A model generated the notes under the pieces. It was not told the origin of the DNA. It saw only the letters and a list, made by a program, of their open reading frames with translations, and made no database searches. A program made the translations under genes and the position numbers. Below are positions 15,806-24,260 of a stretch of DNA of 37,057 nt, in pieces. Numbering within the stretch: the first letter of the stretch is position 1; each line of letters starts with the position of its first letter. This DNA comes from Candidatus Hadarchaeales archaeon (GTDB lineage: Archaea > Hadarchaeota > Hadarchaeia > Hadarchaeales > Hadarchaeaceae), in NCBI GenBank assembly GCA_038872135.1, contig JAVZGN010000009.1, positions 1 to 37,057 on the forward strand. Direction: 5' to 3'.

Positions 15806-17125
15806 ATGGAAAATCGTAAAATAGACTTAATAAGAGAAGTAGTTTACAGAGTGTGGGAAAAGGGGTTGCCTAAACTCAAAAAAAGAGACAGGTCTCTTGA
15901 AACCGAAACCAGTTTAGTGAATGATATTGTGGGGGTGAGGAGGTCTGGAAAAACATCCATGATGTTTCTCACAATGGGCGAGCTGTCGAAAAGGTTTGGG
16001 CCAAGAAAAACAGTCTACATCAACTTCGAGGATCGTCGCCTCCTGCCGCTTGACGAGAGCTACTTCAACGCAATCGTCAGCTTCATACATTCCGAGAAGC
16101 TCCTTGAGGATGGCAAGGTATACCTCTTCCTTGATGAGGTTCAACACATAAACGGCTGGGAAAAATATGTTCGCAGCATTTATGACGAGTTCAAAAACAA
16201 GATCAAGATTTTCGTAAGCGGCTCAAGCCAGTCCCTCCTCAGCAAGGAATACGCCGAGTTGTTGACCGGCAGACACATAACCACGGTGGTATTCCCCCTC
16301 AGCTTCTCGGAATTTCTAGTGTTCAAGGGCTTCGATAGGAAGGAATACTACACGGAAGAGGAGAGAGCAGTGCTCGGCAAACTCCTAGAGGAGTACCTAG
16401 AGTTCGGCGGGTTCCCGGAAGTGGTCCAGAGCCGGGAGAAGGAGCAGATACTGGAGCAACTTTTCTATGATATAATAACGAGAGATGTGCTCGGGCGGGT
16501 CAGCCTGAAGAAGCCGAAGGTCATGGAGGATATCGCCTATTACATCTGCAGCAATATCGCGAATCCCATCAGCTTCAGCAGGTTTTCGAGGATGCTTGGC
16601 AGCAGAGGGATAAAGATTTCCGTTCCAACACTCGAGAACTACTTCAGGTACCTCCAGCAGGCCTTTTTGTTTTTTGATGTCCCAATCTTCTCCTACAGCG
16701 TCAAAAACCAGCTACAATATCCCAGAAAGATCTACTGCGTGGACAACGGCTTGGCAAATGTTGTCGGGTTCAGGATGGCCAAAAACCTCGGCAAACTTTG
16801 TGAGAATGCTGTTGCCATCGAGCTGCTTAGGTGGGCCTTTGAGAAACCCGCTAGAAAAATTTTTTACTGGAGGGACAGGAGCAAGAGAGAAGTTGACTTT
16901 GTGCTTAAAGAGGGGGCCGATGTTGTCGGGCTGATTCAGGTTTGTCTTGATTTATCCGATCCAGATGTGAAGAAGCGTGAGATGAAGCCTCTGCTCAAGG
17001 CCATGGAAGAATTTAGACTGAAGCGGGGGGTTGTGCTCACAGGAGATCTCGAAGGGAGTGAAACAATGGGCAGCAGAACTATAGAGTTTAAACCACTTTG
17101 GAAGTGGTTGCTGGAAAAATCGTGA
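15806..17125 (+). CDS. AAA+ ATPase (AAA_14 + DUF4143 type)
   Basis: GVRRSGKT, YINFED.R, LFLDEVQ, SGSS, LTGR, YLEFGGFPE, RKIYCVDNG, EN.V and C-terminal EVDF...IQV (PD-(D/E)xK-like). Confidence 0.93.
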   Translation: MENRKIDLIREVVYRVWEKGLPKLKKRDRSLETETSLVNDIVGVRRSGKTSMMFLTMGELSKRFGPRKTVYINFEDRRLLPLDESYFNAIVSFIHSEKLLEDGKVYLFLDEVQHINGWEKYVRSIYDEFKNKIKIFVSGSSQSLLSKEYAELLTGRHITTVVFPLSFSEFLVFKGFDRKEYYTEEERAVLGKLLEEYLEFGGFPEVVQSREKEQILEQLFYDIITRDVLGRVSLKKPKVMEDIAYYICSNIANPISFSRFSRMLGSRGIKISVPTLENYFRYLQQAFLFFDVPIFSYSVKNQLQYPRKIYCVDNGLANVVGFRMAKNLGKLCENAVAIELLRWAFEKPARKIFYWRDRSKREVDFVLKEGADVVGLIQVCLDLSDPDVKKREMKPLLKAMEEFRLKRGVVLTGDLEGSETMGSRTIEFKPLWKWLLEKS

Positions 17126-17198
17126 GTATGGTCCAATTTTGGCGGAAAACTAGAATTTTTGAAGAGATGTTAAACAGCCATCGAATACCGAAATGGGG

Positions 17199-18389
17199 TT
17201 ATTTGACCAGAAACTCGCTCAATTTCTCAGGCTTTAACTTCATCCCGAGGCCTGGGCCTTTCGGGAGGGCCAGATATCCTTTTTCAAAGATTTCGAGCGG
17301 CTCCTCAAGGAGGCCTGTGTTGAGGAGGTTGTCCTGCTTGTACATATACTCGTATGCGATGAAGCTCTTCTTTGGCGTTGCGGCCGAAGCGTGTAAACCT
17401 GCGGCCCTGCTCCCGGGCCCAGAAAGGCCGACATGGGGTGCAAGCTTGACGCCATTGGCCTCGCAGAGCTTGAGAATCCTGAGATACTCTGTGAGGCCAC
17501 CGCACCTGCTCAGGTTTGGTTGGACCACATCTAGGCCACCCCTAACGATGAAATCTCTGAAGGTGTAGCTGGAGAAGAGGGACTCCCCGCCGGCAATGCT
17601 CATGTCCAGAGATTTTGCCAACCTCACGTAGCCATCAACATCGTGGGGGGGGATGGGCTCCTCAAACCACTTAACCTCCAACTTTTCGAACTGCCTTCCT
17701 ATCTTCAGGGCTTCCTCCACAGAGAAGGCGGAATTTGCGTCGACCATTATCTCGATGTCTTTTCCCACAGCATCCCTCACCGCTTTTATCATCTTCACAT
17801 CGGCGTCCTTTCCGCCACCCATCTTGCTGGCCCCAACCTTTATCTTCAACTGATCGTGCCCTGCCTCCACAAGCTTCACGGCTTCCTTTGCAACCTCCTC
17901 GGGGGCGGTTTTTGTGAAGTAATGCCAGTAAATGGAAGAAGCATATGCCTTGATTTTCTCCATGGTTGGGCCGCCGAGCAGCCTGTAGACTGGTTTATCT
18001 TTCGCCTTTCCCAGGATGTCCCACAGGGCTGCGTCAACTCCAGAGAGGGCCTCAACAAAAAAGCCTCCGAAGTGGCCTCGGGTGCAGAGGGAGGAAAACA
18101 TTATTTCCCAGAGCGCCCTGACCCTCCCAGGATCCTGCCCGAGGATAATCTTTGCCAGCAGCTTCTTCACTATAAGGGCGTGAGCTTCGGGGACTTCCCT
18201 CACCAGGCTTTCGCCATAGCCGGTTATCCCTTCGTCTGTCTTGATTTCAACTATGCAGGCGTAGTAGTTGCTTCTGACCCCGGCCGCGCTCAGCTCCTTC
18301 CAATATGGGAGGTAGTGGTCTGGCTTTGAGGTGGCAACGCCTGGGCGCGGGACGGCCAAGGGATAGGCGTTTACTTCAGTTATTTTCAT
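17199..18389 (-). CDS. Mandelate racemase/muconate lactonizing enzyme (enolase superfamily, acid-sugar dehydratase-like)
   Basis: TDEGITGYGE, SGVDAALWDILGK, KxK (KIKVG), metal ligands VDAN/FEEP/GGES, APH and P.GPGLG. Confidence 0.92.
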   Translation of the reverse strand: MKITEVNAYPLAVPRPGVATSKPDHYLPYWKELSAAGVRSNYYACIVEIKTDEGITGYGESLVREVPEAHALIVKKLLAKIILGQDPGRVRALWEIMFSSLCTRGHFGGFFVEALSGVDAALWDILGKAKDKPVYRLLGGPTMEKIKAYASSIYWHYFTKTAPEEVAKEAVKLVEAGHDQLKIKVGASKMGGGKDADVKMIKAVRDAVGKDIEIMVDANSAFSVEEALKIGRQFEKLEVKWFEEPIPPHDVDGYVRLAKSLDMSIAGGESLFSSYTFRDFIVRGGLDVVQPNLSRCGGLTEYLRILKLCEANGVKLAPHVGLSGPGSRAAGLHASAATPKKSFIAYEYMYKQDNLLNTGLLEEPLEIFEKGYLALPKGPGLGMKLKPEKLSEFLVK

Positions 18390-18451
18390 CACCTTAGCTC
18401 TGCGTGCTGGAGGATAAAGGCTTTTTTCTACCGAAATTGAGGGTTGAGACG

Positions 18452-18709
18452 ATGAAGGTGAGGGTGGAGCTGCTGCCGGGAGTGAGGCCGCTGGGGGCGG
18501 AGGGGAAGTTTGAGGTGGAGGTTGGGAGGGAGACGACCCTGAAAGATCTCCTGCTTAAGATTGGGTTTTCTGAAGGGGAGCTACTGGCTCTTAGGGTCTG
18601 GATTGGGGGAGAGCTGGCTGGGCTATCTAGGATTCTGAAAGAGGGGGAGGAAGTCAGGGTTGGCGTTCCAATTGGTGGGGGCTTTGCAGAAGAGTTTTAT
18701 CTCCTCTAG
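18452..18709 (+). CDS. MoaD/ThiS/SAMP-like ubiquitin-fold protein with extension after Gly-Gly
   Basis: MKVRVEL...TLKDLL...LKEGEEVRVGVPIGGG then FAEEFYLL. Confidence 0.75.
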   Translation: MKVRVELLPGVRPLGAEGKFEVEVGRETTLKDLLLKIGFSEGELLALRVWIGGELAGLSRILKEGEEVRVGVPIGGGFAEEFYLL

Positions 18710-18725
18710 CCGAAGATTTAGCGGT

Positions 18726-18801
18726 GCCGGGGTAGCCAAGCGGTTAAGGCGGTGGGCTGCAGACCCGCTATTCGCAGGTTCGAATCCTGCCCCCGGCTCC
18801 A
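18726..18801 (+). tRNA. tRNA-Cys(GCA), intronless, CCA encoded
   Basis: Acceptor stem GCCGGGG/CCCCGGC, discriminator U, CCA. Anticodon arm GTGGG-CT-GCA-GA-CCCGC. T arm GCAGG-TTCGAAT-CCTGC. Confidence 0.98.
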
Positions 18802-18879
18802 AAACAGAAAGTATACTGCCGACGCCTCGGTCCTACAGAATCATTTCCTCGAGGGGCAACGGCTGAACAACCCCAAAGA

Positions 18880-19245
<366 letters not shown>

Positions 19246-19377
19246 CGAAATCAATTGGCTCCTAGTGTATTTGAGATTTCCGAAAAAGTCGGGTTTCTGC
19301 TCTGGAAATCTCGAAATGGATTGCAGCCTATGATCAAACATTTCACTGCATAACATCGCAATTTTCAGGGGTTCTCT

Positions 19378-19650
19378 TCAGCAACTCCATGTGGGCGTGG
19401 AGGTCTTCTTTAAGATATGCGTGGTTTTCTTGGCGTCAAAATGAAATGCGAGATGGAGTATTTTGGAGAGATTTTGATTGGAGGGATGGATGCCGGTTTC
19501 GCTCAGCCACTGGCTTACGGCTGCCGGAGAAACTCCGAGAAGGGATGCTGCTCCTCTGACTGAGCCGACGCTGGCCAGAATGATTTTGAGGAGGTGAATT
19601 CTTGCGCGCCTGCTAATGTATTCTGTCAGGCCATCGTGCCTGGGTTTCAT
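19378..19650 (-). CDS. XRE/Cro-type HTH transcriptional regulator (C-terminus possibly frameshifted)
   Basis: SVRGAASLLGVSPAAVSQWLS...HPSN HTH; TTTATAAA lies ~30 nt upstream. Confidence 0.75.
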   Translation of the reverse strand: MKPRHDGLTEYISRRARIHLLKIILASVGSVRGAASLLGVSPAAVSQWLSETGIHPSNQNLSKILHLAFHFDAKKTTHILKKTSTPTWSC

Positions 19651-19751
19651 TCTTCCGCCATTCTTTTGGGTGGGAGTGGTTTATAAAGTGAAAAAGATTT
19701 TTTGAAACCATCTCGGCCCAACCAAACCTTGGTGTTTGTGATTTCACGACA

Positions 19752-19948
19752 GTGTTAAGACCCCCCTTAACACAATGCTGGGCAGACCTGTTAAGTCCCC
19801 CCTTAACACCCTAAGCGTGGATATTAAGACCCCCCTTAACACAATGCTGGGCAGACCTGTTAAGTCCCCCCTTAACACCCTAAGCGTGGATATAAGTCCC
19901 CCCTTAACACCGGCACAGAACAAGGGTGTTAAGTCCCCCCTTAACACC
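19752..19948. repeat. Array of six palindromic repeats GTTAAG(A/T)CCCCCCTTAACAC with 13-17 bp spacers
   Basis: Copies start at 19754, 19790, 19823, 19859, 19892 and 19928. Spacers are AATGCTGGGCAGACCT (x2), CCTAAGCGTGGAT (x2) and CGGCACAGAACAAGGGT. A 69-bp unit is tandemly duplicated. Confidence 0.95.
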
Positions 19949-20104
19949 TCAACGGAAAACATGCAAAAGAAAATAACGCTTCCCCCCATAGCGCTTTAAA
20001 ATCGAAAAAGTAGACCCCATCATTCCCGCAGACAAGCCTTCCTTGGGGAGTTGCCAAAACTGTACCTTTAACAGGAAATGAACACGATTATTGTCTGGTG
20101 GGCC

Positions 20105-21400
20105 ATGAGCGAAAGCCTCCCCCTGCATGTCGGAATAGACGACACCGACTCCAAGAAGGGAATGTGCACAACCTATGTTGGAGCAGTCGCCATCACCAGG
20201 TTGAGAGAAGCCGGCTTCCAGACGATTGGATTCCCAAAGCTCATCAGGCTAAATCCAAACATAAAATGGAAAACCAGGGGGAACTGCGCAATTTCTTTTT
20301 CCATCTCGTCCCCCAGGAGGAGATTAGAAGAAGCAAAGAGAATAGTGCTTAAAACTGTGGCTGAGCTGGCAGAGCTTGAAGAGGAAAACACGACCCCGGG
20401 AGTTGCATTCCTCTCCTCCCAAGAAATCCCAAAAGAGCTAGTGGATTTCTCAAAGAGGGTTGTGAGGGACGTCATTGAGATAGAGGAAGCCGAAGCTGTA
20501 GCTGAAGAAGTTGGAGCCGAGCTCCACAAGTTCAAGCTCGGGCGGGGAGTCGTCGGGGCCTTAGCGGCTATAGGTCATCCCCTCGACATCGCCCCAACAT
20601 TTGAACTCATCGCATATAGAACTCCCGAAAACCGCGGAAAGCCAAGAAAAGTTGACGAAGCCTCAGTAGTAGAGATGAACAGAAAAACTTTCCCCCGGAC
20701 ATTCGACAACCTCGACCCCTTTACCGGGGAGATAAGAATCACCCCCCACACACCCTGCCCAATTCTCTACGGCATAAGGGGAGAAACCCCAGAAGCTGTC
20801 GAAGAAGCCGCACAGATGGTGAGGGTTTTTGAGCCCATAGAGCAAACAATTGTCTACAAAACCAACCAGGCCACAGATGAACATTTGATCCCCGCAAAAA
20901 TCTCAGAGATAACCCCCGGAAGATCCTACTCCGTGAATGTGAAGGTGATTTCACGGCCTAAAGTCATCCCCGGCGGGCACGTGATCTTCAGGGTGGCTGA
21001 TGAAACCGGCGAGATGGACTGCGCCGCATATGAGCCAACCAGGGGCTTCAGAGATGTGATCCGCCAGCTTCTCCCTGGGGACCTTTTGGTTGTTCACGGA
21101 GGGGTGAAGGATAAAGAGGGCCTCCCCCTCACCATCAATCTCGAAAAGCTTGAGGTGATTGAACTTGCAAAACCCATGATCAAGCGAAACCCATTGTGCG
21201 AGAGCTGTGGCAAAAGGATGAAGTCTGAAGGGCGGGGAAAGGGCTACTCCTGCAAGAAATGCGGCAGGAAAGCCCCACCATCCGCTGCAGAAACGATCAA
21301 GGTTGAAAGGCAGCTTCCCACAGGCTTCTTCGAGGTCCCTCCAAGGGCAAGACGGCATCTGTCCAGACCGCTGATAAGGATGAAAACCCCAGAGCATTGA
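20105..21400 (+). CDS. tiaS: tRNA(Ile2) agmatinylcytidine synthetase
   Basis: GIDDTDS..GMCTTY, LIRLNPN..WKTRGN, GRGVVGALAA, PHTPCPILYGIRG, TNQATDEH, GGHV, zinc ribbon and PP.ARRHL..P. Probable start ATG 20105. Confidence 0.97.
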   Translation: MSESLPLHVGIDDTDSKKGMCTTYVGAVAITRLREAGFQTIGFPKLIRLNPNIKWKTRGNCAISFSISSPRRRLEEAKRIVLKTVAELAELEEENTTPGVAFLSSQEIPKELVDFSKRVVRDVIEIEEAEAVAEEVGAELHKFKLGRGVVGALAAIGHPLDIAPTFELIAYRTPENRGKPRKVDEASVVEMNRKTFPRTFDNLDPFTGEIRITPHTPCPILYGIRGETPEAVEEAAQMVRVFEPIEQTIVYKTNQATDEHLIPAKISEITPGRSYSVNVKVISRPKVIPGGHVIFRVADETGEMDCAAYEPTRGFRDVIRQLLPGDLLVVHGGVKDKEGLPLTINLEKLEVIELAKPMIKRNPLCESCGKRMKSEGRGKGYSCKKCGRKAPPSAAETIKVERQLPTGFFEVPPRARRHLSRPLIRMKTPEH

Positions 21401-21434
21401 CCCAAAGAGCAAGATTTAAACTCAAATCGCCAAA

Positions 21435-21863
21435 GTGAATGTGATGCAGGTAAGGGTGAACCTCTCATACATCTCCGCCGAGCGCTTTCTGCGGCAGGAG
21501 CAGGCGGGACCATCTCAGATTCACGTCTCAACAAATGTCAACCTGGTCGGGCTGGAAAAAAAGGATAATGAAGTCCACGTCCCGTTCATCGTCACCATCG
21601 GCTATAATCCTTCCGTCGCCCAAATAAATCTCAAGGGGGAAGCCGTGATTTCCGGAAACCCCGAGGAGCTGAATGAAATCCACCAGAACTATAAATCCAA
21701 AAAGCCACCGCCGGGGATGCTCCTCCAAGCAATCACAAGCGCCTCTCTCGTGGAAGCCACGATTGTCTCTAGATCCCTGAGCATTCCCCCTCCCCTTCCC
21801 CTTCCCTCAATTCAGGAGCCACCTAAACAGCAGGAGAAGGAGCAGCTCTCCTATGTCGGCTGA
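21435..21863 (+). CDS. Conserved archaeal hypothetical protein (SecB-like alpha/beta pattern)
   Basis: Four beta strands followed by helices and IPPPLPLP, C-terminal YVG. The fold assignment is inference. Confidence 0.65.
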   Translation: MNVMQVRVNLSYISAERFLRQEQAGPSQIHVSTNVNLVGLEKKDNEVHVPFIVTIGYNPSVAQINLKGEAVISGNPEELNEIHQNYKSKKPPPGMLLQAITSASLVEATIVSRSLSIPPPLPLPSIQEPPKQQEKEQLSYVG

Positions 21864-22260
21864 GATGAAACCGGAAAAAAAGCCCCTCACTGAAAGGGGG
21901 GCAGTTTTGATCGCATGTGGGCTGTTTCTGCTTGTGTTTGGCTCTGTGATGGTCTCCCATGCCCTGACCCTGATCTCGGTGTCCGCGGCTGTTCTTTCGG
22001 GAATCGTGATGCTGATCGCCGGTGGTCTCCTCATCCTCTCCACATTTGAGCTGCAGAAACCGACCACAAAGGCTATAACACTGCTCGGAGGAATAGCGCT
22101 CCTTGTTGGAAGCGGAATTCAAATTTCTTCCGACTGGGGAGGAGCAGCCGGGGGACTCGGCTCCCTCGCAATCGGGATACTGCTCATCTGGATCGGAGTT
22201 GAGATAATGAAAAGGGGATGGAAAAAGTATGTGGCGCCAGCACCATCTCCCCCAGCATAG
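21853..22260 (+). CDS. Hypothetical 4-TM membrane protein
   Basis: Four hydrophobic segments; overlaps the upstream stop, so operon context. Confidence 0.75.
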   Translation: MSAEMKPEKKPLTERGAVLIACGLFLLVFGSVMVSHALTLISVSAAVLSGIVMLIAGGLLILSTFELQKPTTKAITLLGGIALLVGSGIQISSDWGGAAGGLGSLAIGILLIWIGVEIMKRGWKKYVAPAPSPPA

Positions 22261-22272
22261 GCCGATGATTAG

Positions 22273-22611
22273 ATGAAACCGCCAACCCGCAAGAGAATAG
22301 AGGTCTCAATAATCCTGGACCCCTCTTTCAAAGAGGAGATCGGGACAGAGATGATAAAGATGCAGCTGGACAGCGATGAGACCATGGACTCCCTTGTGAT
22401 GAAGCTGGGCCGCAGATATCCAAGACTCGTTGAGATAATGATCGATCCTACAACGGGGGAGATAAGCGAGAAGTACAGAATTCTTTTGAATGGAAGGAGG
22501 ATAAGGGGAATTCATACAAAGCTCAAACACAAAGATGAAATCTCTGTCCTCCCCCCAGAACAGCCTCAAGAAAGCTACCCTGCCGGCGGAGAAGCTCAAC
22601 CTCAAGCATGA
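22273..22611 (+). CDS. MoaD/ThiS-like ubiquitin-fold protein with atypical C-terminus
   Basis: TM..L..L..RYP.L, ILLNGR.I, T.LKHKDEISVLPP, then EQPQESYPAGGEAQPQA. Confidence 0.75.
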   Translation: MKPPTRKRIEVSIILDPSFKEEIGTEMIKMQLDSDETMDSLVMKLGRRYPRLVEIMIDPTTGEISEKYRILLNGRRIRGIHTKLKHKDEISVLPPEQPQESYPAGGEAQPQA

Positions 22612-22748
22612 TCTTTCCTCACCACACCTACAATTAACCTCTAAAGTCCAACATCAACAGGGGCGGAAAAGTTTGCCTAGATAATCGATGAGAAAATGCC
22701 GAGCCCAACAAGCATGCTAAAATCCGATGTTGTCGGTGGAGCCGCGAG

Positions 22749-24260
22749 TTACGATTGCAGGCTGCCCTTCTCCAACAGGCGCGAGTACATCCTCCAGCTC
22801 AGAATGGGCTCCCTTGAAGCCTTCACCTCATCCAGCCTTCCAATTGCTGTGCCAGTTGGAGCATTCTTGAGCAACTCTGGGTTCTTGGCGGCCTCCTCAG
22901 ATATCCTCCCGAAAATTTCCACAAAACCATCCAGCTCCTCCTTCGGCTCAGTTTCAGTCGGCTCGATCATCAGCGCCTCAGGGACTATCGGCGGAAAGTA
23001 GTAGGTGGGGGCATGAACTCCAAAATCAAGCAGCCTCTTGGCAACATCCCTCGCCGTCACCCCGGTCTTTCGCTTCAGAGGCTCGGCGCTCAGAACAAAC
23101 TCATGCTTACAGGGGCCTTCAGGAGAAAACTTCACCTCAAACCCTTCGATCCTCTGGAGTTTTTTCATCAAGTAGTTTGCGTTGACCACCGCTGCCTCAG
23201 CGACCTCCTCAAGCCCTTCAGCGCCCATCATCATCAGGTAAACATAAGCCTTCACTAGAACTAGACTCCAGAAAAATCCCCTGATCCTCCCTATGGACTT
23301 CGGGCGATTGTAATTCAGCCAATATTTCCTCCCATCAAACTCCACCGTGGGCACAGGGAGAAATTCCTCAAGCCTCCTGCTCACCCCCACTGGACCAGCC
23401 CCTGGACCTCCCCCTCCATGAGGTGTGGCAAATGTCTTGTGAAGATTGAAATGCACGATGTCAAACCCCATGTCTCCCGGCCTCGCTTTCCCGAGAATTC
23501 CATTGAGATTCGCCCCATCATAGTAAAGGAGTGCCCCAACATCATGAACAATCCTTTTTATCTCCAGTATTTCATCCTCAAAAAGTCCAAGGGTGTTTGG
23601 ATTCGTGAGCATGAAGGCGGCAGTCTTCTCCGATACAGCTGCCTTCAAAGCTCCGAGATCAACCCTTCCCCTTTCGTCTGAAGGCACTACTACAACATCG
23701 AAGCCAGCCATCGCAGCACTGGCAAAGTTGGTCCCATGGGCAGAATCTGGAACAATAACCTCCTTTCTCTCCTCCCCCCTATCTTTGAAATATGCTCTTG
23801 TAAGGAGCATCCCAAGAAACTCCCCGTGGGCCCCGGCGGCTGGATGCAAACAGACCCTCGAGACTCCAGCAATTTCCGCAAGCATCTTCTCAATCCTGTA
23901 CATCACCTCTAGAATCCCCTGAACGGTGCTCTCGTCCTGCCAGGGATGAACATCCGCGACTTTTTCCCATGCAGCCACCTCCTCGCAGATCTTCGGGTTA
24001 TACTTCATCGTGCATGACCCAAGGGGATAAAATCCCGAGTCAACGCCAAAATTCATCTGGGAGAGCCTCGTGAAATGCCTCACAACCGTTGGCTCCGAGA
24101 GCTCTGGAAGATTCAGCTCCCTCCTCCTGAGTTTCTCTGGAATCTCAAATCTCTCCTCAACTTCCCTCCTCACAAAGCTTCCCCTCCTCCCCTCCCTTCC
24201 AAGCTCGAAGAGAAGCGGCTCAAGAACCTCCTCCCCTCCCCACTTCGCCTGCCTGCTCAC
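22749..24260 (-). CDS. gcvPB: Glycine dehydrogenase (decarboxylating) subunit 2
   Basis: YPLGSCTMKYNP, AGAHGE, SAHGTN, TNPNTLG, YYDGAN, NLHKTF.TPHGGGGPG (PLP lysine) and MIEPTETE. Confidence 0.97.
   Translation of the reverse strand: MSRQAKWGGEEVLEPLLFELGREGRRGSFVRREVEERFEIPEKLRRRELNLPELSEPTVVRHFTRLSQMNFGVDSGFYPLGSCTMKYNPKICEEVAAWEKVADVHPWQDESTVQGILEVMYRIEKMLAEIAGVSRVCLHPAAGAHGEFLGMLLTRAYFKDRGEERKEVIVPDSAHGTNFASAAMAGFDVVVVPSDERGRVDLGALKAAVSEKTAAFMLTNPNTLGLFEDEILEIKRIVHDVGALLYYDGANLNGILGKARPGDMGFDIVHFNLHKTFATPHGGGGPGAGPVGVSRRLEEFLPVPTVEFDGRKYWLNYNRPKSIGRIRGFFWSLVLVKAYVYLMMMGAEGLEEVAEAAVVNANYLMKKLQRIEGFEVKFSPEGPCKHEFVLSAEPLKRKTGVTARDVAKRLLDFGVHAPTYYFPPIVPEALMIEPTETEPKEELDGFVEIFGRISEEAAKNPELLKNAPTGTAIGRLDEVKASREPILSWRMYSRLLEKGSLQS

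Noticed and set aside
19752-19948. Canonical CRISPR array or TIGR array
   Set aside because: Spacers are only 13-17 bp and duplicated, and there are no cas genes. The period is near 36 nt, but there is one repeat type per unit (no edge/loop dual-spacer layout) and no intact Nop-domain gene nearby.
19744-19999. ORFs 19744-19989(-) and 19775-19999(+)
   Set aside because: They are translations of the repeat array with no protein-like features.
22612-22748. Possible membrane-protein gene fragment on the minus strand (STDNIGFSMLVGLGIFSSII)
   Set aside because: Too short, no start codon and interrupted by stops; cannot be supported.
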